NCBI GenBank assembly: GCA_963666055.2
Contig: CAXWPH010000001.1
Location: 32,001 to 96,000, forward strand
DNA from: Acidobacteriota bacterium
GTDB lineage: Bacteria > Acidobacteriota > UBA890 > WLXD01
DNA: 64,000 nt
Direction of reading: 5' to 3'
The position numbers were made by a program, and so were the translations under genes. Positions 57,542 through 64,000 of the stretch are shown here, piece after piece. Every line of letters starts with the position of its first letter. Position 1 is the stretch's first letter. The notes beneath the pieces are model-generated. The model was not told the DNA's origin. It made no database searches and saw nothing but the letters and a program-made list of their open reading frames with translations.

Positions 57542-59587
57542 ATGCGCTTCTCTCGCAACTGGATCGCCGACTATACGAACCTCCCGGACGAGACTCAGGC
57601 GCTGTGCGCCGCGCTCTCCATGCTCGGGCTCGTGGTGGATGACGCGCGACTCGAGGGCGACGACCTGAGCCTCGACCTCGACTTGCCGAGCAACCGGCCC
57701 GACGTCCTCAACCACTACGGCCTCGCTCGTGAGCTCGCGATCACACTGGATGCCGACTTACGCCAACCGCCAAGCGAAATCAGCGAGTCCGGGGCACCAA
57801 CCGCGTCGCTCAGTGGCGTGCAGGTTGACGATCCGGCGGCGTGCCCGCGCTTCGCCGCGCGCGCCATCGTCGATGTCGAAGTAGGCCGGTCACCAGACTG
57901 GATACGCGCGCGGCTTGAATCGATCGGCCTGCGCCCGATCAACAACGTCGTCGACGTGACCAACTTCGTGATGTGGGAGCTTGGGCGGCCAATGCACGCC
58001 TACGACCTCGACGAGCTGGTCGACGGCCAGTTGTTTGTTCGCTGGGCACGGGATGGCGAACGTCTCGTCACCCTCGACGAGGTCGAACGCAAGCTCACCT
58101 CCGACGACCTAGTAATCGCCGACCCCGAGCAGCCCGTAGGACTCGCGGGAGTGATGGGAGGCGCGAAGACCGGCGTAACGGAGTCGACCCGGCGAGTGCT
58201 GCTCGAGTGCGCCTACTTCGATCCGGTCACGGTGCGTCGGATGTCCAAGCGCCTCGGGTTGCACACCGACGCCAGCCACCGTTTCGAACGTGACATGTCG
58301 CCGCAAGGTATCTCTGCGGCCATCCAGCGAGCCTGCCATCTGATCGCGCTACACGGTGGAGGAACTATCAGTTCCGAGGGAATCGACGTGGTCGGTTCGT
58401 TGCCGCAAGACCGGCGTCTGGTTCTTCGTGCCGCGAGGCTGTGCAGCTATCTCGGGGTGGAGGTCCCCGCGGCCCGCGTCACCGCCATCCTGAGCGCACT
58501 CGGGTTCGCGGTCAGCGACGCGGCGGGAGATTTCGCCGTCGTCGTACCGCCGCGCCGAGTCGACGTTTCGCGCGAGGAAGATTTGATCGAGGAGATCGCC
58601 CGCTTCCACGGCTACGATCAGCTGCCGAGCACGCTACCCCTGTTGCGCAGGCGTAATACTCGCGGCGCCAGCGAAGCGCTCCGGCGCGAGCGGCGACTCA
58701 AGAATATTTGCGCCGCCTCCGGCTACTGGGAAACGATGACCTTCGCGTTCACCAGCGCCACTGAACAGGCTCCTTTTCTGATCGGAGAGACGCCGTTGGC
58801 GATCGTCAACCCGATCTCAGAGGCGATGGGCGTGATGCGCACGAGCATGCTGCCAGGCCTGCTCGCCGCTGTAGCTCGCAATCGTAATCGTGGGGCACGC
58901 CGAATCAGGCTATTCGAAGTCGGCCGAACGTTTCATGGCGGCGACGGCGGGCCCCCAATCGAGCGCCGTGGGCTGGCGCTTGCAGCGTGTGGCACGGTTC
59001 ACGAGGCGCATTTCGCCGCCCCGGAGATCTCCAGCGACTTCGGCGAGCTGAAGGGCACGCTAGAAACCTTGCGCGCCCGAATGCGCTGGCCGCCAATCGA
59101 GTGGTCTGCTGCACAGATACCGGGTCTGCAGCCTGGCTCGGCAGCCGAGATTTGCATCGGCGAGCTAGCCGCCGGGATTGCCGGCAAGATCGCCCCCGAA
59201 GTAGCGGCGGCGCTTGGTGCCGACGTCACCGTGTGGGCGGCAGAGATCGAAATCGGCGCATTGCTGGAGCACGCAGCGGCTGATTTCCGCATCGATCCCC
59301 TGCCCCGCTACCCGGCCGGCGAGCGCGACTTGACGATCTTGATCGATGACGATCTACCGTACGGGAAGGTTGAGGCAGAAGTAGCCGCGTTGCAGGGGAT
59401 TCCGCTGGCAGAGCTGCGGTTGCTCGACCTCTACAGCGGCGGCGACGTGCCGGACGGACGGCGGGCCGCGACGCTGCGGTTGACCTATCGCGCCGACGAC
59501 CGCACCCTCACTGCCGAGGAGATCGAGGCCGCCCAAGAGCGAGTGGCCGAGCATCTTGAAACCAGCCTCGGTGCCACACGCCGCTGA
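57542..59587 (+). CDS. pheT: phenylalanine--tRNA ligase beta subunit (short form)
   Basis: NRPDVL, RPINNVVDVTNFVM, DLIEEIAR, C-terminal FDX-ACB; 681 aa without the B2 OB-fold insert. Confidence 0.95.
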   Translation: MRFSRNWIADYTNLPDETQALCAALSMLGLVVDDARLEGDDLSLDLDLPSNRPDVLNHYGLARELAITLDADLRQPPSEISESGAPTASLSGVQVDDPAACPRFAARAIVDVEVGRSPDWIRARLESIGLRPINNVVDVTNFVMWELGRPMHAYDLDELVDGQLFVRWARDGERLVTLDEVERKLTSDDLVIADPEQPVGLAGVMGGAKTGVTESTRRVLLECAYFDPVTVRRMSKRLGLHTDASHRFERDMSPQGISAAIQRACHLIALHGGGTISSEGIDVVGSLPQDRRLVLRAARLCSYLGVEVPAARVTAILSALGFAVSDAAGDFAVVVPPRRVDVSREEDLIEEIARFHGYDQLPSTLPLLRRRNTRGASEALRRERRLKNICAASGYWETMTFAFTSATEQAPFLIGETPLAIVNPISEAMGVMRTSMLPGLLAAVARNRNRGARRIRLFEVGRTFHGGDGGPPIERRGLALAACGTVHEAHFAAPEISSDFGELKGTLETLRARMRWPPIEWSAAQIPGLQPGSAAEICIGELAAGIAGKIAPEVAAALGADVTVWAAEIEIGALLEHAAADFRIDPLPRYPAGERDLTILIDDDLPYGKVEAEVAALQGIPLAELRLLDLYSGGDVPDGRRAATLRLTYRADDRTLTAEEIEAAQERVAEHLETSLGATRR

Positions 59588-59629
59588 TTTGTCGGGTGCC
59601 AGGGCCCATCGTCTGACTCGGACCGCTCC

Positions 59630-59956
59630 ATGATCGAGAATCCCTATGCGCCACTCGAACGGGCCATCGCGGCTGCGGTTGTCGAGATCCGCTCGCTGCG
59701 TGACCAGCGCGACGCTCTCCAGGCGCACGTCGAGCAGCTCGAGGAGCGGCTCGCAGCACGTGTTCACGACGCCGGCTGGCCCGCTCCCTCGCAGCCGCGC
59801 GGCGGCATCGGCGCGGATATCGGAGGCGCAAGCGAGCGGCTACAGCAGTTGGAGAGCGAGCGCGAGGCGATCAAGACTAGGCTTCTCAGCCTTCAGGCAC
59901 GACTCGGATACCTGGAAACCGCCGAGCCAGAGGAACGCCAAAATGACCACCGTTGA
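59630..59956 (+). CDS. coiled-coil protein, ZapB-like
   Basis: Heptad-rich 108 aa between pheT and zapA. Confidence 0.6.
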   Translation: MIENPYAPLERAIAAAVVEIRSLRDQRDALQAHVEQLEERLAARVHDAGWPAPSQPRGGIGADIGGASERLQQLESEREAIKTRLLSLQARLGYLETAEPEERQNDHR

Positions 59957-60251
59957 TATTCTCGGTCGCAGCTATAACATAAGAGGCGAACATGATCCGA
60001 ACACAATCCGGGTCCTTGCTCGCTACGTCGACAGCCGGATGCGGCAGATGGAAGAACGGGTGGGCCCCGGGGATGCACTGGGCGTCGCCGTGTTGGCGGC
60101 GCTCAATATTGCTGACGATTACTACCGAACCCATACGGCTCTCGAGAAACAACAGAACGAAGTCAATGAACGGACACGAGACCTAGCGCAAGTACTAGGC
60201 GAGGTTCTCGAACCGGCGCACGAGGAACACGGACGGCCACTCGACGAATGA
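59943..60251 (+). CDS. zapA: cell division protein ZapA
   Basis: From ATG 59943: VDILGRSYNI..LARYVDSRM..AVLAALNIADD. Confidence 0.9.
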   Translation: MTTVDILGRSYNIRGEHDPNTIRVLARYVDSRMRQMEERVGPGDALGVAVLAALNIADDYYRTHTALEKQQNEVNERTRDLAQVLGEVLEPAHEEHGRPLDE

Positions 60252-60261
60252 GACAACCAAC

Positions 60262-60365
60262 GGTAAACAGCCTTAACGACACCATCTGTGGAGGATCGCA
60301 AGCGCAACGCTCGCTGGCTGGCTGAGCCTCCACTCCCTGCACTTCGCACCTTTCGCCTGTTTGCC
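60262..60365 (+). ncRNA. putative structured RNA at the usual 6S RNA (ssrS) locus
   Basis: Lies between zapA and rny; GGTAAACAG/CTGTTTGCC outer stem, large internal bubble, GTGGAGG/CCTCCAC inner stem. Boundaries uncertain. Confidence 0.35.
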
Positions 60366-60449
60366 CGGTACGTGGCTGCTCCGAAGCCTCGAACGCCTCT
60401 AGTCCGCCCATAGACTCGCCTGTCGCCTCCGGAGCCCGGAGGGGGTGAC

Positions 60450-62021
60450 ATGTCGCAGGCGTTCATCGCGGGGGCGGGCACAACCGCAGGCCTCGCAGTT
60501 CTTGTTGTCATCGTTTGGTTCTTCGTGCGCCGACGGCCCGGCGCCCGGGAGGACCTGGGCAAGGCACGAGGCGAAGCCGGGCGCGTCATCGAGGAGGCTG
60601 AACGTCAGGCGGCTGTGCTGCTGAAGGAAACGCGCATAGAAGGACGCGAGCAGCTCCACATCGAGCGACAGGCTCTTGATGCCGAGTCGCGCGAGCGCCG
60701 TCAGCACATGGTCGAGGCTGAGGCGCGCGTACACGAGCGGCAAGAATCACTCGAGCGACGGGCGAACCGAGTCGACGAGCGTGAGCGCAAGCTCAAGCAC
60801 TATGAGGACCGCCTGCGGAGCATGGAGCGCGACGTGAACCTGTTGCGCGAGGAGGCCGCTGAGCGGCGTGACGAAGCGGTCACACAACTCGAGAAAGCTG
60901 CGCACTACCACCGCGATGACGCCAAAGCGCAGTTGGTTCGAGCGATGGCGCGCGAGGCAAAGGAAGAAGGGGCACGGCAGGCAACTCGCATTATCAACGA
61001 CGCCAAGACGAACGCCACCCGGGAGGCCAACCGTGTCGTGGCAACGGCAATTCAACGGTGCGCCAGCAACCACGTTGCCGAGAACACCGTGTCCGTCGTG
61101 GCGCTGCCCTCGGACGATATGAAGGGGCGCGTGATCGGTCGCGAAGGTCGCAATATTCGTGCGTTCGAGATGATGACGGGTGTCAACCTGATCGTCGACG
61201 ACACGCCGGAGGCGGTGCTGATCTCGAGCTTCGATCCGTTCAGGCGCGAGATTGCGAAACTCGCGCTGGAGCGGCTCGTTTTGGACGGACGTATCCACCC
61301 GGCCCGCATCGAGGAGGTCGTGCAACGGGTGCGCGAGGAGATCGAAGAGCAGATCCTCGTCGATGGGACCAACGCCGCCGCCGAGATCGGCATTCACGAC
61401 ATGGCAACGAAGTTACTTCGCCTCCTCGGCATGCTGAAGTTCCGTACTTCGTATGGTCAGAATGTGCTGCGCCATTCGATCGAAGTCGCGACGATTTCCG
61501 GCATCATCGCGGCTGAGCTCGGCGCTGACCACGCGGTGGCGCGCCGCGGCGGCCTGTTGCATGACATCGGCAAAGCGGTCGACCAAGAAGTAGAAGGGAC
61601 GCACCTGCAGATAGGTATCAGGTTGCTTCGCAAGTGCGGCGAATCCAAAGAGGTCGTACACGCGATGGAGGCGCACCACTTCGACGTCGAACCGGCGACC
61701 GTCGAGGCGGTGATCGTACAAGCCGCGGATGCGTTATCGGCGGCCCGCCCGGGTGCGCGACGCGACATGCTCGAGACATATGTGAAGCGTTTGCAGAAGC
61801 TCGAAAAGATCGCCGACTCGTTCCGCGGGGTGGCCAAATCCTACGCCATTCAGGCGGGGCGTGAGCTGCGCATCATCGTCGAATCCAGCAAGGTCAGCGA
61901 CATCGAGTCGATCTGGCTTTCGCGCGATATCGCCAACCGCATCCAGCGCGAAGTGCAGTATCCCGGCGAGATCAAAGTCACCGTGATCCGTGAGACCCGA
62001 GCGGTGGAGATCGCCCATTGA
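60450..62021 (+). CDS. rny: ribonuclease Y
   Basis: N-terminal TM, coiled coil, KH ([14 protein letters not shown]), HD (LLHDIGK), SYAIQAGRE. Confidence 0.97.
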   Translation: MSQAFIAGAGTTAGLAVLVVIVWFFVRRRPGAREDLGKARGEAGRVIEEAERQAAVLLKETRIEGREQLHIERQALDAESRERRQHMVEAEARVHERQESLERRANRVDERERKLKHYEDRLRSMERDVNLLREEAAERRDEAVTQLEKAAHYHRDDAKAQLVRAMAREAKEEGARQATRIINDAKTNATREANRVVATAIQRCASNHVAENTVSVVALPSDDMKGRVIGREGRNIRAFEMMTGVNLIVDDTPEAVLISSFDPFRREIAKLALERLVLDGRIHPARIEEVVQRVREEIEEQILVDGTNAAAEIGIHDMATKLLRLLGMLKFRTSYGQNVLRHSIEVATISGIIAAELGADHAVARRGGLLHDIGKAVDQEVEGTHLQIGIRLLRKCGESKEVVHAMEAHHFDVEPATVEAVIVQAADALSAARPGARRDMLETYVKRLQKLEKIADSFRGVAKSYAIQAGRELRIIVESSKVSDIESIWLSRDIANRIQREVQYPGEIKVTVIRETRAVEIAH

Positions 62022-62812
62022 AGCTCCTGTTCCTCGGTGACGTGGTGGGGAAGCCTGGGCGTCGGGTACTCGCCGAGCGGCTCGGACCACTGCAGCACAA
62101 GTGGCAGGCAGACTTCACGATTGTCAACGGCGAGAACTCGGCCGGCGGCCGCGGCATCACACCGGCGATGGCCGACCAGATGCTGGCACTCGGTGTCGAC
62201 GTAATCACGAGCGGCAATCACATTTGGGCACAAGGAGCCATCGAAGGCTATTTACGCACCGAGACGCGCCTGCTGCGTCCCGACAATTACCCTGCTCCAA
62301 GCGCCGGCAGCGGCCTGTTCCTGGGCCGCAGCCGCCGCGGCGTCGAGGTCGCCGTAATCAATCTCCAGGGCAGAGTGTTCATGCCGGCGATCGACTGCCC
62401 GTTCCAGGCGATTGATAGGATTCTGGACGAGATCGGCGACCGTGCCCGCGTCGTCTTGCTCGACATGCATGCCGAAGCGACCTCCGAGAAGCTGGCCATG
62501 GGTTGGTACTGCGATGGTCGGGTTACTGCCGTATTGGGGACCCACACACACGTACCCACGGCCGACGCCCGCATCCTTCCCGGTGGCACGGCATTTTGCA
62601 CCGACGTCGGCATGACAGGTCCCTACGACTCGGTCATCGGAACGCGGCCCGACCTGGCCATCGAGCGTTTGTTGAGCGCGCGGCCGGTGCGGTTCCAGGT
62701 GGCCACCGGCAACTGCTGCGTGGCGGGCGTTGTCGTTGAGGCCGACCCCGAGACAGGCCGCGCACTCAGCATTCAGCAGGTCATTGATCCGCCACTAGCA
62801 AGCTCGCGATGA
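62018..62812 (+). CDS. YmdB/TIGR00282-family metallophosphoesterase
   Basis: [37 protein letters not shown]. Confidence 0.93.
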   Translation: MKLLFLGDVVGKPGRRVLAERLGPLQHKWQADFTIVNGENSAGGRGITPAMADQMLALGVDVITSGNHIWAQGAIEGYLRTETRLLRPDNYPAPSAGSGLFLGRSRRGVEVAVINLQGRVFMPAIDCPFQAIDRILDEIGDRARVVLLDMHAEATSEKLAMGWYCDGRVTAVLGTHTHVPTADARILPGGTAFCTDVGMTGPYDSVIGTRPDLAIERLLSARPVRFQVATGNCCVAGVVVEADPETGRALSIQQVIDPPLASSR

Positions 62813-64000
62813 CCAACCAAGGCACGCTACCGCTGACTGGCGCGGCTGATCGCCGCGTATGGTCGGTCAGCGACCTGATCGAGGACGCCAAGTGGTGCCT
62901 GGAGACGACATACTCCGCCGTATGGGTGCAGGGCGAGGTTTCCAACTTCCGCGCCCAGGCAAGCGGACACTGGTATTTCGATCTCAAGGACGAGCATGCC
63001 GTCTTGCCGGTGGCGATGTTTCGCAGCGACAACATCGGCGTCCCGTTCGGGGTTGAAGAGGGCCTCGAGGTCACCGCCTTCGGCCGCCTCTCGCTGTTTG
63101 TGCGTGCCGGCCGCTTCCAGCTGATCGCCAACCTCCTGGAACCGCGAGGCTGGGGCGCACAACAACTCGCATTCGAACAGCTCAAGCGCAAGCTCGCAGC
63201 CGAGGGATTATTCGACGAGCAGAATAAGCGCACCCTACCTTTACTACCGCGGTGTGTCGGTGTGGTAACGAGCCCGGACGGAGCTGCCTGGCACGATATG
63301 ACGCGGGTTTGGCAGCGTCGCCAGGTCGGGATGCGCGTCCTGCTGGTACCGGCAACAGTGCAGGGTGACCGCGCGCCAGGAGACATCGTCGACGCGATCG
63401 AGCTGCTGAACCGCCACGGCCAAGCCGACGTGCTGATCGTGGGACGCGGTGGCGGCTCGCGCGAAGATCTATGGGCATTCAACGATGAACGGGTGGCGCG
63501 GGCCATCTCGAGCTCGCGAATCCCGGTGATCAGTGCCGTAGGTCACGAGATCGACGTCACCATCGCTGACTTGATCGGTGATCGTCGCGCTGCCACTCCT
63601 ACCGCCGCCGCCGAGATCGTCGCTCCCGCCCGTAGTGATCTTGTGCGCCGGCTGCGCGCCGCTGCCCGACGGGCGGAATCCGCCGTTGACCGCCGCGCCC
63701 GACAGGCCCGCGCGCGGCTGCAGGATAACTTTCTCAGACGCGCGCTCGAACGCCCGGAGCGTAGCCTGACCGCCTATCACCAGCGACTCGACGCGGCGTG
63801 GTCGAGTACTGACGCATCCGTCCGGCGCCAGCTCGAAGCCGGGCGGGCTCGGCTCGAAGCTGCTGCGTCCCGCACCAGCCGGCATTCGCCTCAACGCGTT
63901 GTCGAGCATCGAGCCGCCCGGCTGCACAGCGTTTCGGAAACACTGCAGACAACGATGCGCCGGCGCCTACACAGCGCCCGAGAACGGCTCGCTTCGACGG
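62809..64000 (+). CDS. xseA: exodeoxyribonuclease VII large subunit; runs off the window end
   Basis: Hand translation from ATG 62809: VWVQGEVSNF..SGHWYFDLKD, GVVTSPDGAA, IVGRGGGSREDLWAFNDE, ISAVGHEID, ATPTAAAE. Confidence 0.95.
   Translation, partial: MTNQGTLPLTGAADRRVWSVSDLIEDAKWCLETTYSAVWVQGEVSNFRAQASGHWYFDLKDEHAVLPVAMFRSDNIGVPFGVEEGLEVTAFGRLSLFVRAGRFQLIANLLEPRGWGAQQLAFEQLKRKLAAEGLFDEQNKRTLPLLPRCVGVVTSPDGAAWHDMTRVWQRRQVGMRVLLVPATVQGDRAPGDIVDAIELLNRHGQADVLIVGRGGGSREDLWAFNDERVARAISSSRIPVISAVGHEIDVTIADLIGDRRAATPTAAAEIVAPARSDLVRRLRAAARRAESAVDRRARQARARLQDNFLRRALERPERSLTAYHQRLDAAWSSTDASVRRQLEAGRARLEAAASRTSRHSPQRVVEHRAARLHSVSETLQTTMRRRLHSARERLAST

Noticed and set aside
1-64000. CRISPR arrays, IS elements, prophage or defence genes
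   Set aside because: No spaced direct repeats and no transposase, integrase, phage or nuclease-defence motifs were seen on reading.

Overview
GC-rich bacterial chromosomal segment, probably Acidobacteriota. This is an inference from the short PheT lacking the OB domain, the zapA-rny-ymdB-xseA order and the di-heme cytochrome/PQQ-dehydrogenase pair. Bases 1-52 kb are an accessory catabolic region. It holds secreted or Tat-exported hydrolases and oxidoreductases, a TRAP transporter, and a betaine-type block (betB, N-methylproline/dimethylglycine demethylase-like flavoenzyme, Rieske oxygenase, aconitase X). It also holds a ~17 kb co-oriented minus-strand methylated-amine cluster: mgdABCD/soxBDAG, a GS-family ligase, mgsABC, a 138-aa unknown, an acyl-CoA-dehydrogenase-fold protein, tdm, a DAO-family flavoprotein, amt and a small membrane protein, with a second GmaS-type ligase nearby. 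Bases 53-64 kb are core genes: tRNA-Val, thrS, infC, rpmI, rplT, pheS, pheT, zapB-like, zapA, rny, ymdB-like and xseA. The best candidate for an undescribed system is the methylamine cluster: no tmm or dmm is seen in the window, and their pathway slots could be filled by an ACAD-fold protein lacking the catalytic Glu, a DAO-family flavoprotein and a 138-aa unknown. Other highlights are a Rieske oxygenase with a twin-arginine signal, a PQQ dehydrogenase with a lanthanide-type DxD motif, an Amt with an altered binding site and a beta-propeller with an inserted 6-TM domain. Six small frameshifts in homopolymer or dinucleotide runs suggest read errors. No CRISPR array, transposase or integrase was seen.
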